A stretch of DNA of 64,000 bases from Ructibacterium sp. (GTDB lineage Bacteria > Bacillota > Clostridia > Monoglobales > Monoglobaceae). Both the position numbers and the translations under genes were made by a program. This document shows, piece after piece, positions 35,099-44,900 of the stretch. The notes below the pieces were generated by a model. The model worked only from the letters and a program-made list of their open reading frames with translations. It had not been told where the DNA came from and searched no databases. The DNA lies in assembly GCA_045603605.1 (NCBI GenBank), contig JAZUMJ010000150.1, positions 718-64,717 on the forward strand. Direction: 5' to 3'. Position 1 is the first letter of the stretch, and each line of letters starts with the position of its first letter.

Positions 35099-35479
35099 TT
35101 ATTTCTCCTCCTTTTGCCAAAAATAGATTGGTGTTTCCATACCGGAATCCCATGTATCAAAATAATTACCATCTTCAACTGCTATTACATGAGTTCCGGT
35201 TGCTAATATGCCTGTCATATTTGGGTTATCAATACAAAAATCTGTAACTGTGTAACAACTCGGGCAAGTATCAGGTATTATGTGACGTGTAAATCCGTTT
35301 TGATGTAAATATGTTCCCCATACGTCATTTGAGGACGGCATATCTTTCATAGTAAAGCCTTGCAATACTACATCCATATAAACATCTTCCCACGATTTAC
35401 CGGTTGCTTTTGCAATGGCACGTATCACACAATCCCCGACAAGTTTTCTTTTTGGGTTTGGATTGAACTGTATGAACAT
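35099..35479 (-). CDS. Putative papain-like/C39-related thiol enzyme
   Basis: GDCVIRAI...HVIAV..G..FDTWDS suggests a Cys-His-Asp triad. Confidence 0.6.
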   Translation of the reverse strand: MFIQFNPNPKRKLVGDCVIRAIAKATGKSWEDVYMDVVLQGFTMKDMPSSNDVWGTYLHQNGFTRHIIPDTCPSCYTVTDFCIDNPNMTGILATGTHVIAVEDGNYFDTWDSGMETPIYFWQKEEK

Positions 35480-35570
35480 CTGAATTCTCCTGTAAAATCA
35501 AAAAAGCATGAATCGGTGTATAGTGATTCTGCTTTATCAGCCTATGCAATTCATCACTAACATTCTTCAT
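35397..35570 (-). CDS. Possible small leader ORF overlapping the next gene
   Basis: AAGGAGG RBS, ATG 35570, 57 aa; not in the ORF track. Confidence 0.4.
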   Translation of the reverse strand: MKNVSDELHRLIKQNHYTPIHAFLILQENSDVHTVQSKPKKKTCRGLCDTCHCKSNR

Positions 35571-35606
35571 GCTTTTACCTCCTTGTTTATGATAAAAACA
35601 TACAAT

Positions 35607-35638
35607 AAAAAAGAACCTGCAACTTATACAGGTTCTTT
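35607..35638 (-). terminator. Intrinsic terminator after the lysis/HTH genes
   Basis: AAAGAACCTG-N9-CAGGTTCTTTTTT. Confidence 0.75.
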
Positions 35639-35667
35639 ACAAAAATTGTACAGATATTAAATTTGTA

Positions 35668-35871
35668 TTACAAAACTTTTACAATTTTGTTTTTAACTCG
35701 TTTGGCTAACTTAGATACTTGTGCCTCAGATACATTCATTGTTAAAGCTATTTCCACGTTCGATTTATGTCTTGCTCGTAAGTTGAAATACTGCAATTCG
35801 TCAAGGCTGAAATTACACTCCCGTCTTAACTTATTTAATTCCCACTCCACAAAATCATAAATCTGTATCAT
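35668..35871 (-). CDS. LuxR/sigma70-region-4-like HTH regulator
   Basis: NFSLDELQYF...SNVEIALTMNVSEAQVSKL. Confidence 0.75.
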   Translation of the reverse strand: MIQIYDFVEWELNKLRRECNFSLDELQYFNLRARHKSNVEIALTMNVSEAQVSKLAKRVKNKIVKVL

Positions 35872-36041
35872 TTTCCATCGTCCACACTTCGTTCCAATGT
35901 ATCAATAGCCTCATCTAATGCTTTTATATCTTCCATATCAACCCAAATTCTCAATGCAGTCCATCCAGATTGACAGGATTCAAGAACATCACGTATCTTT
36001 TTTAATCTGCCTATTACTGACGATTCAACCATTTCTGCCAT
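35868..36041 (-). CDS. Small hypothetical protein
   Basis: 57-aa ORF bridging the endolysin and HTH genes with overlaps. Confidence 0.45.
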   Translation of the reverse strand: MAEMVESSVIGRLKKIRDVLESCQSGWTALRIWVDMEDIKALDEAIDTLERSVDDGK

Positions 36042-36856
36042 GCCACCACTGAATTATACCCAAAATACCCATCAACTGTTACACCAAGAAATTGTTGTAA
36101 TGCTTTAGCTGTATCATATCCGAACACGCCATCAATTATTCTCATTCCGAGCATTTCCTGTATTGCCTTGACAAGTTGAGAGCCACTTGTAATCTTTAAT
36201 GGTGATACAAACTCCCAAGAGGAAGGCTGACAAGCCGGTAAAAACTTCTGCATATCTTTATTCTGGTCACTTACAATACCGTCAACTGTCGTACCGAAAA
36301 TCTTCTGGGCAAGCGTTGTAGTAGCTTTACCCCACACACCATCAACAACTACTTTTCCGGAGTTCCATCGTCTTGTACTTGTGTACAGTGCCGAGACGTT
36401 TTGCGAAAAGTCGCCCCATAAATGCCAACCAGTACGCACAACAGAGGCAGGGTCGTAAACAAGATACCGACTATTAGAAAAACCAACAATGGCAATGTAG
36501 TGTCCTCCACTCGTCCAATAAGAAGATGTTACCTTGTGCATTAACAGAATACCTTCTTGTCCACTTTGTATTCTTCTTTTCCACTCTCTGAAATATACAT
36601 TGTCGAGAACACCGTCTTGATATTGAGCAAGCATTTCACCACCACCGTTATATGCGGTGAGACAAGCCGCAATGCCGGGATATTTAGTGCCTTGATGTGG
36701 ATAAGCGTAACCGTTATCAGTCAGCCATTTAGCAGTTATTGTAGGGTCAACTTCCACAATATCTGAAACAGAACAGGGACCACAACCGGCAGTTGCTACG
36801 CTTTCATTTGCATACGGTGTGTTAGGATAGTTATATTGTTTGTAATCAACCGCCAT
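36014..36856 (-). CDS. Endolysin: C39-like peptidase plus peptidoglycan-binding repeats
   Basis: YKQ...AGCGPCS...GGHYIAI...VYDP; VDG..G..T..ALQ repeats. Confidence 0.88.
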   Translation of the reverse strand: MAVDYKQYNYPNTPYANESVATAGCGPCSVSDIVEVDPTITAKWLTDNGYAYPHQGTKYPGIAACLTAYNGGGEMLAQYQDGVLDNVYFREWKRRIQSGQEGILLMHKVTSSYWTSGGHYIAIVGFSNSRYLVYDPASVVRTGWHLWGDFSQNVSALYTSTRRWNSGKVVVDGVWGKATTTLAQKIFGTTVDGIVSDQNKDMQKFLPACQPSSWEFVSPLKITSGSQLVKAIQEMLGMRIIDGVFGYDTAKALQQFLGVTVDGYFGYNSVVAWQKWLNRQ

Positions 36857-37115
36857 TCTTTCCACCACCTTCTATAAGCTGTTTGAATAATTGATGTAAA
36901 CCCGTTGCAGATAAACCGCTAAAAAGTCCTTGCAGAATAACTTTCGGTGTAATGTCCCAACCATTAATCCACATAGCAAGAACAAGTCCAACACACGCAC
37001 AAATGGTGGGTATCCATTTATCGTCTACGTCTTTAATCCACTTCTTTACTATGTAACCGATACATAAACATATACCTACTATTATCGGCACTTGATAATC
37101 TTTTAACCATTCCAT
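36846..37115 (-). CDS. Holin
   Basis: Three TM segments, KWIP...GL.ATGLHQLFKQ; adjacent to endolysin. Confidence 0.88.
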   Translation of the reverse strand: MEWLKDYQVPIIVGICLCIGYIVKKWIKDVDDKWIPTICACVGLVLAMWINGWDITPKVILQGLFSGLSATGLHQLFKQLIEGGGKNGG

Positions 37116-37127
37116 AATACTCCTCCT

Positions 37128-37655
37128 TTATTTCATACTATCCGGTTTTTCCGGAAATTTAACATTATATGGAAATCCCTCTTGTTTAGTTATATCTCTT
37201 AACGCTTGTCTGTATTTAGCTATATCTCCTGATATAACTCTCTGCAAATCTTCTAAAGAATCATAACGGTCTATCATCATATACTTGTCTGTCTGGGATA
37301 ATAATTCATCTCGCATGGCTCTAACTTCTGACGCCTTATCCTCACCTTTTGCTTGCGATAATAATTTGTCAAAATGCTTTTCGATATAGGCTTCTTTGTC
37401 TTTAATATTTGTGTTTATATATCCGATATAACAATCTGCATACCACATTTCTTGTGGTTGCATCATTGTTTCATCAAATGGTACATCAATAGTATTTCCA
37501 TCTTCGCCTGCTATAGTTTGTAGAATCACGTCCATAAACGGAGATTGATAGTTTTCATCCTTCTCGATATTCTCTCGTAAATTAACAGACCATTTATCAC
37601 CTAATTGCTCTATGAGTTCATATTTAGGTGGTTTATAATTATATTCAACTCTCAT
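37128..37655 (-). CDS. Tail fibre assembly/chaperone-like protein
   Basis: R..RD.LL.QTD...YRQALRDIT.Q.GFP..V.FP.KP. Confidence 0.8.
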   Translation of the reverse strand: MRVEYNYKPPKYELIEQLGDKWSVNLRENIEKDENYQSPFMDVILQTIAGEDGNTIDVPFDETMMQPQEMWYADCYIGYINTNIKDKEAYIEKHFDKLLSQAKGEDKASEVRAMRDELLSQTDKYMMIDRYDSLEDLQRVISGDIAKYRQALRDITKQEGFPYNVKFPEKPDSMK

Positions 37656-37666
37656 ATATAATTCCT

Positions 37667-40600
37667 TTACGCTATTCTTATATAACCATAACGACACGTT
37701 GCTGTTAATGCTGAACCACTATTCTGTATTAGATACAGATGATATTTTGTAGTAGAGTCTGTGACATTTATTACGGTTGTTAGCATTTGGGCACAACTAC
37801 CATTTGAACCGGGTGCATCTATTACTTGATTTATGTATCCATAACTCGATGAAGATGTACCAAATGCCATAACCCTTCTTCCTGCCGAGTTCGCTTGCCA
37901 TGAACAAGTCAATCCAACAATGTATAGCCCAACGTCTAATGAAAATGAACCTTTGTCAACGGTTGTATTATTTGCAACTGAACTACCATCTGTTCCTAAT
38001 GTCATTCCCCAAGAGGCTGTATGAGTACGTTGTGTATTAAAATACCAACTATAACTGGATGTTCCAAATTTATCGAATAATATATCACTATGATATGGGA
38101 TAACAGTTCCAAAAGCGGCTTCAGGCAATCCTTCAGAGTTAAGTCTACTGGTATCATAAATAAAACATACGACCATACGCCGTGAGTTTGGCGAAGCATT
38201 AGCTACGAATGTATAGGTAGACCTGTTTGGATACATTTCACATATTTTCTTCAACCATGCCTTAAAAAAATTAGCGTCAGTAGTGCTTGATTCAAGTCCA
38301 AGACTCGCATAACTATACATCGGAACAACTATAATTCTTGAATAATCTGCGGCACCAGAACTTACTAATTCACTCATTAAATAACCGGCACCTTTACAAT
38401 ACCATGCTGACCAAGTACCATTGTTACAAAAACAATAATGCTCTCTGCCGTAGTTCGGATACATTTCCGTAACTTTTACAAGAATATGTATACTACTTCT
38501 CCAATATACTTCCCTAATACCAACGACAGCACCAGCTTCTAAATTTAATACAGTTGGAATATTAGAAAACGTACTTTTAGTCGAGGAATCAAATGAGAAC
38601 ATAGACCGTTTATGATAATTTGAATATCTATCAGTTGTGGATATAAGTTTGAAGTTCTTATTGAAACCAGAACCATCCATAGTGTAATAAGGCAACCTTG
38701 ATAATACACTATCTTGATAAGTCCATGCAGGATTTCCGCTTGCGTCCGTAGCATACATATAATACGGTTTACTACTTGTCGGAGCAGGAACAAGACCTGC
38801 ATTAGTAACAGAATTAGTAGTACCCATACTTGTCCAAGAGTTCCAAGTTATTGTTGTACTTCCACTTCCGGTACTTCCGTATCGAGAGAATATACCACCA
38901 CCGGACATATTAAAATAAATCTGTTGAGTATACGCCCAAGTATAACCCTTGCCAATTAACTGTTCGTTATACGCCCCCCATCCTTGCGGAATTACTAACA
39001 ATATTCCTGCTGTAGTTGACGGAGAATTTGTTAATGTGGCGGCGTCATTATTACTCGCAACAACATATTTTCCGAAAGTATAATAATCATCTAAATCCGC
39101 ATTGGCGGGTATTTGAATAAAATTATGCCATGCATCCGGGGATTTTATTATTTTACCGTCCCAATTAACATCAAATATATCTTTCCTATCATTTACATCA
39201 TCAGATGTTCCACCACCTATAATAAATGCGGCATCAGCAGAACGGAAGTTGGAATCCTCATAGTTATACTTACCAATGACCGTTTGATAATCTCTTGATG
39301 CTACTGTTGAACATCCACCCGCGTGTGAATAATCACCTCTTGCATACGAATCTCCTTCTGCGTGTGAATAATCACCATTTGCTGTGGAATACCCTTCAGC
39401 ATGAGCCGCCTTACCCTCTGCTTTTGCAAAATATCCTTCAGCATGAGCAGATTGACCTGAAGCCGTCGTATTAAACCCCTCTGCATGGGAGTAAGCACCA
39501 CTTGCCTTTGTTTCTTGTCCTTCTGCATGGGATGCACTTGCAGATGCAACTGTACTTATTCCTTCAGCGTGGGTACTACTTGCAGATGCTTTAGTATTGT
39601 ATCCTTCTGCATGAGAATCTTGACCGCTTGCCTTTGCTAATTCTCCCTCTGCGTGTGACTTTGTTCCACTTGCAGTTGTGCTGTGTCCCTCTGCATGAGA
39701 ATAAGAACCACTTGCAGTTGTGCTGTACCCTTCAGCATGAGATTGATTTAAAGACGCCTCAGTATCGTATCCTTCAGCATGAGAGCAGAAACCACTCGCT
39801 TCCGTATTTTGTCCTTCAGCGTGAGAAAATGCTCCGGATGCTACATTATTGTAACCCTCAACAACAGAACTTGCACCAATATTAATATTACCACCAGATG
39901 CTCTAATACCAAATGTGTATGCCTTTACCGAAGAATCTGATGTGTAATATGATATATCTATTACAGAACCATCTGCGGGAGCATTAGTAAATGTATAACA
40001 TTTATTTAGTATAGTATAATCTGATGATAGTACTGTCTGATTATCAATCGTAACAATATCATCCCATAACACATTAAATTGAACATAGAAATCTTTAGTT
40101 ATACCGTCACCAGTGAATTTCTGGTTTCGCATAACTACTCCTTGCTCATCCCTCAAGTCTGATACGTGAAAATAGGTGTTTCCCTCTCTGTCTTTTAATT
40201 GTAAAGAATGATAATCCATTTCTAAATGAGAGTTGCCCGTTTCACCAATCTGTGTATTTTCACCGAAAGACGCTCTTACTGTCTGACCATCTCTTATATC
40301 TAAACTATTATTATCAACAAGCACATTCGGACCGATAGTTGCATCATCAGGTACTGTACTAACATGGGCACCGGCTAAATCATGCCAGAAATAATTGGAT
40401 ACATTCTGTACTTGCCTTTCTGAACTCTCAACTGCCTTAATATAAATACTTGAGGCGGTTGATTCAAAAGATGCATTATTGAGGATTTTAGGTTCCGCAG
40501 AATTCATTAATGATGTGGTACCTAATACGTTATATTCTATATCTGTCAATACCGTGAGATAATTACGGTTATACTTGTTCACGATAGTAACAGTATCCAT

Positions 40601-41530
40601 GAATTCCAATAAAGGATTAGATACACACTCACCGCTAAACGGACGAACAGTAAATCCAACAAGGACTGACGCTATTGAGGCAAGTAATACAGATACGTTA
40701 CTTACTGTAAAAAATGGATTAGTGATTTTTAGAACATAATCATCTGTGCCAGAAATGTAATCAACCTCTGCGTCTGTTGTTGAACCTTCCAACTGCTCTA
40801 TCGTTAATGTAGTCTTAATTCCAGTAACAGTAACATCGTCTGTTCCTATTGTTAAACTTCCCGGAACCCAATTAGATAAGGTAGCAAGGCTTGTGCCTGA
40901 ATATGTAAGGATTTCCAATTCGTCTGCATAATTAATTCTCGCATTACCACAAGCTAATTGGGCGATAAATCCAATTATCTGTCGGCAAGTATAAAGCGTT
41001 AAATCACCATAAAATCCAGACATAGAATAATCTGAATTGTGGAATGTAGTTGTACCTAACGTAATACCAACTGCGGTACAAATTGTACTAAGTAAGGTGC
41101 CTAATGTAATGGGAAATGTTATTGTTCCATTAAACTTAACATCAGCCTTATGCATTTCATCTACGGCTGTAATGATTAGTGTATCACCGAACTCAGCCGG
41201 TTCAACTACTGTATAAGTGCCTCTTGCCAATGTTTCTACTGATTGTGATAATTGGTATCTTAATTCTAATTCAATTGTTGCACCATAAAATGAATACTGA
41301 TTATAGTATTCATTCGGATTCAATACCTCTATCTGTATTACTTTTTCAACTGCGATTCCTAACGGCAATACAGATTCATTAGCACCATCTGAAATATAAT
41401 TGTTTGTAACGGTAAAATCTTCGGGTGTCCAGTTAAATACTGTTCCATCAGCTAATGTTGCGGTTGCATACTGTTTAAAATCAGTACGTAACTCCATGGT
41501 ATCTAAAAATTCTTGACTGACTTGTATCAT
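37667..41530 (-). CDS. Baseplate hub/tail spike with YadA-like beta-roll repeats and C-terminal receptor-binding domains
   Basis: 14-aa ASG..SHAEG..T repeats (about 39320-39860); follows the distal tail gene. Confidence 0.85.
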   Translation of the reverse strand: MIQVSQEFLDTMELRTDFKQYATATLADGTVFNWTPEDFTVTNNYISDGANESVLPLGIAVEKVIQIEVLNPNEYYNQYSFYGATIELELRYQLSQSVETLARGTYTVVEPAEFGDTLIITAVDEMHKADVKFNGTITFPITLGTLLSTICTAVGITLGTTTFHNSDYSMSGFYGDLTLYTCRQIIGFIAQLACGNARINYADELEILTYSGTSLATLSNWVPGSLTIGTDDVTVTGIKTTLTIEQLEGSTTDAEVDYISGTDDYVLKITNPFFTVSNVSVLLASIASVLVGFTVRPFSGECVSNPLLEFMDTVTIVNKYNRNYLTVLTDIEYNVLGTTSLMNSAEPKILNNASFESTASSIYIKAVESSERQVQNVSNYFWHDLAGAHVSTVPDDATIGPNVLVDNNSLDIRDGQTVRASFGENTQIGETGNSHLEMDYHSLQLKDREGNTYFHVSDLRDEQGVVMRNQKFTGDGITKDFYVQFNVLWDDIVTIDNQTVLSSDYTILNKCYTFTNAPADGSVIDISYYTSDSSVKAYTFGIRASGGNINIGASSVVEGYNNVASGAFSHAEGQNTEASGFCSHAEGYDTEASLNQSHAEGYSTTASGSYSHAEGHSTTASGTKSHAEGELAKASGQDSHAEGYNTKASASSTHAEGISTVASASASHAEGQETKASGAYSHAEGFNTTASGQSAHAEGYFAKAEGKAAHAEGYSTANGDYSHAEGDSYARGDYSHAGGCSTVASRDYQTVIGKYNYEDSNFRSADAAFIIGGGTSDDVNDRKDIFDVNWDGKIIKSPDAWHNFIQIPANADLDDYYTFGKYVVASNNDAATLTNSPSTTAGILLVIPQGWGAYNEQLIGKGYTWAYTQQIYFNMSGGGIFSRYGSTGSGSTTITWNSWTSMGTTNSVTNAGLVPAPTSSKPYYMYATDASGNPAWTYQDSVLSRLPYYTMDGSGFNKNFKLISTTDRYSNYHKRSMFSFDSSTKSTFSNIPTVLNLEAGAVVGIREVYWRSSIHILVKVTEMYPNYGREHYCFCNNGTWSAWYCKGAGYLMSELVSSGAADYSRIIVVPMYSYASLGLESSTTDANFFKAWLKKICEMYPNRSTYTFVANASPNSRRMVVCFIYDTSRLNSEGLPEAAFGTVIPYHSDILFDKFGTSSYSWYFNTQRTHTASWGMTLGTDGSSVANNTTVDKGSFSLDVGLYIVGLTCSWQANSAGRRVMAFGTSSSSYGYINQVIDAPGSNGSCAQMLTTVINVTDSTTKYHLYLIQNSGSALTATCRYGYIRIA

Positions 41531-41904
41531 ATTGGATTCACTCCTGTCATATTAAACGATAAAGAAGTGTATCTTTCTTTATCCTCTTGTAGTGTTCCTA
41601 TTTCAATACTGCCTTGTCCTACATAGAAATAATCATCTCTCCACACACCGTAATATGGAGAAAAATAATGCAGTAAAAATCTTTGACCTTTCGCAATAAT
41701 TTGTAATATTTGAGACACCTCAGAAATAGTTAAATTGGACGATTCATACCCCAATTGTTCAACTGTAAACATAGGAGTGGAGTGCAAGACTCCACTCTGT
41801 ACTCTTGTAGTGTCTGCGGTATATGTTGTTTCAAAATTATATTCAAGGTCTTTTAACGGCTGTTTAATAGTTATACCGTTCATCTTGATATAGTCTTGTG
41901 CCAT
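41527..41904 (-). CDS. Distal tail (Dit)-like protein
   Basis: Position after the tape measure gene; size; FYVG motif. Confidence 0.7.
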   Translation of the reverse strand: MAQDYIKMNGITIKQPLKDLEYNFETTYTADTTRVQSGVLHSTPMFTVEQLGYESSNLTISEVSQILQIIAKGQRFLLHYFSPYYGVWRDDYFYVGQGSIEIGTLQEDKERYTSLSFNMTGVNPI

Positions 41905-41945
41905 ATATCACCTCTTAAATGTGTTACTTAATTATAACATACTAC

Positions 41946-44900
41946 TTAGGCAAACTCAAATGGGTTTCTACCAGATTGCATCTGACGTAATTTAGCTTCC
42001 TTAATAAATTCGTCAAAGAGTGTCTTCCGGTTAATTTGTGCCGTAAAATGATAATTACTGTTACCACTTTCTTCTCTCACAATTTGCCGTAACATTGATT
42101 CAGGTGCTTCAAGATTCATGCCGTTTCTTTGGTCTCCGAGTTGTGCTATGAATTCCCTGTTTGCAGGTATTACTGCTCCACTTGCTAACTTAGGTATCGG
42201 TATATGTGCTAACGATGCTATCTTATTTCCAAGTCCGTTTATAATAGCATCTGCAATAATACCCATTGACCGTTTATTAGTTAATGGCAATACTGCTTCT
42301 CGTCCTGCTTCACCTACTAATGCGCTTGTCGGTCCTAATACAAGTCCACCGCTTGCCATTGGTATTTGTACTCTACCTGTAATCTTTGTAGTTGCCCCTT
42401 GTGCAAGTGCCTTCGGTACTGTATAAGTAAATTCAGGCATTTTAACATTAGCAATACCATTTCTTAATTGTCGACCTGCATTTTGACCTGTTTGATACAA
42501 CTGATTCTTCATATAGTCACTATTGATTGTTCCAAGGAACGAACCCATGGTTGAATGTGCTTGACCTGATGCGTCAACATTCAAAGACGATTGGATACTA
42601 CTCTGAACATATCCCTTATATTGTGACCACGGAGATGTACTAAAATAATTTACTTCTCCTTTTGCGGCACTGGCAGACACATTACTACCTTGTGTTGAAG
42701 CGTCCACGGAATACGGACTTTTCATGTTGGTCTGTATTCCCGATTTTTGAGTTATCCAATCATTTGAACTATAATAGTTTCTCTGTCCCTTGGCGGCTTT
42801 TGTAGATGCATTTGTTCCATCAGATGTTGGGTCAATAGCATATGGCGCCTTCATATTAGTCTGTATTCCAGATTTTTGAGTTGTCCAGTTCGATGAACTA
42901 TAATAATCCCTTTGACCTTTTGCCGCTTTTGTAGATGCATCGGTGCCTTTCGATGTCGGGTCTACTTTATATGCATTGGTCATTTCATCTTGAGCAGTCT
43001 TTTTATAGTTCTTCCATATATCACTCTTGGCATAAAAATCTTTCATTGCCCGTGATGCTTTTTCAGCGTTCCCGGTTCCTGCATCTGTTAAGTCTTGAGG
43101 CTTACCTGTTACACTGTCTTTAATTTGAGATTTTGATTGTTCTTTAACATTCGTCCATTTGTCACTCTTGTAATACGTTTCAATAGCTGTTCCAGATTTC
43201 TTGATATTTGTGTCTGCCGCTACGGGAATTTCCTCAAACGCCTTATTAATATCTGTGAGATTTAACCCCGCTGTAACAGCTAAATCATAAAATTCAGGTC
43301 CTAAATCTTTGATTGAACCACCGGATGCTTTAATTGTCGGAATAAGTGAATTAAGGAAAAAATCTCTAATTTCTTTCGGCGAACTTCTATTTAATTTACT
43401 TAACTGAACTGCCAATTCCTGAGTTTTTTCTTGTGTTAATACTCCAGTATCTCTAAGTTTGGCAAGTCCGTTATTAGTCTTTTCTATAGCCTTAGATGTG
43501 AGAACTTTCTGCCACGCCTCTTCTACTCCCTCAACAGCTTCTTTCTGTTCCAAAATCATTTCAGTGGCGTTCATAATGCCGTCAACATAAGGTGCAAATA
43601 CAGCCCCGCCTAACGTCCAATTCCAGAAATTAAATGCATCACTTTGTTTATTTTCTGATTTGGCAATTTCAAATCCCTCTTTAAATACCTCTGCAATTTC
43701 TTCAGGTGTTTTGCCTTTTGACCATTCTTGTATTTCTGGCATATGATTCAACATATCCATCATTGGAACCACATATTCATCAACGGCCTTATTAGCTACA
43801 TAAGCACCAACGGCGGCAACAGCGGCGGCACCTAAGTTTTCGCCAAGACTGGAACCAACAGTTTCCATTTGCTTATTAACAGTAGAACTACCGAATGCCT
43901 TTTTTATACTACTAACAATCGGCATAATTTTACTAACTGTAAACCAGCCAGCTATTGCATATACTATTACTTTGCCAGTTCCGCTTTCTTCAGTCCACAA
44001 GCCTACGATAACACCAGAAACGAGTGACCACATTAATTGTAATGCTTCCTTAAATAATTCGCCCCAAGGTATTTGTGCTAAGAAAGATGCTATACCTTCC
44101 GCTAAAGATTTTACTCTATCATATGTTATCAATCCGTTTAAGGTTTTAAAGAGTTGTAATATAAAATTGCCAACTGCTCTGCCATTGGCTTCCCAATCAA
44201 ATGTTCCTAAGAATTTATCAATTCCACTACCTATATTATCAACAATAGTTTTCCACATATTCTCATCACTTGCAACAGTTCCTATTGTTGTTGCAAGTCC
44301 ATTAAGAAATGTAGCTATTGTATCCATTATGGTTGTAAAATTGAATGTTTCAAAGAATCCAGTAATTGCCGATGAAATAGCATTTCCAACTGCACCCCAA
44401 TCTAATTGATGCACGAATCCGTTGAACATATCCCATAAGACCATTATCTTGTTTCCAAGCAATTCTCCTACGGATTCCCAATTGATTTCTGCAAAAAATC
44501 CATTAAATGCAGTTGCTACTTTTTTACCTAAATTTTGAAAATCAGTTTTAGTTAAAAAATCATTGGCAATATTAACTAATGTCTGTAATCCTGCACCAAC
44601 TGTACGTCCGAGTTTTTCCCAATCAACTTTATCAACAAAAGAATTAAATGTTCCAGTAATAGCATCAATAACAGGAGTTATTTTAGGTCCTATATTTTTC
44701 CAACTGACAATATCATATACTTTTTCAAGTCCTCTATTAACTCCATCAGCTAAAAATTCTCCGAGACCTTCCCAATCCTGATCCTTTATATAATCTTTGA
44801 GTGTTGCAACAAGACTTTTAATAGAATTTGGAATTTCAGTTTCTTCAAAATCTATTGTACGTTTATCAGCACCGGAACCGGCACCGCCTCCACCACCACT

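Noticed and set aside
37667-38300. Diversity-generating retroelement target at the tail spike C-terminus
   Set aside because: No reverse transcriptase and no adenine-variant template repeat found in the window
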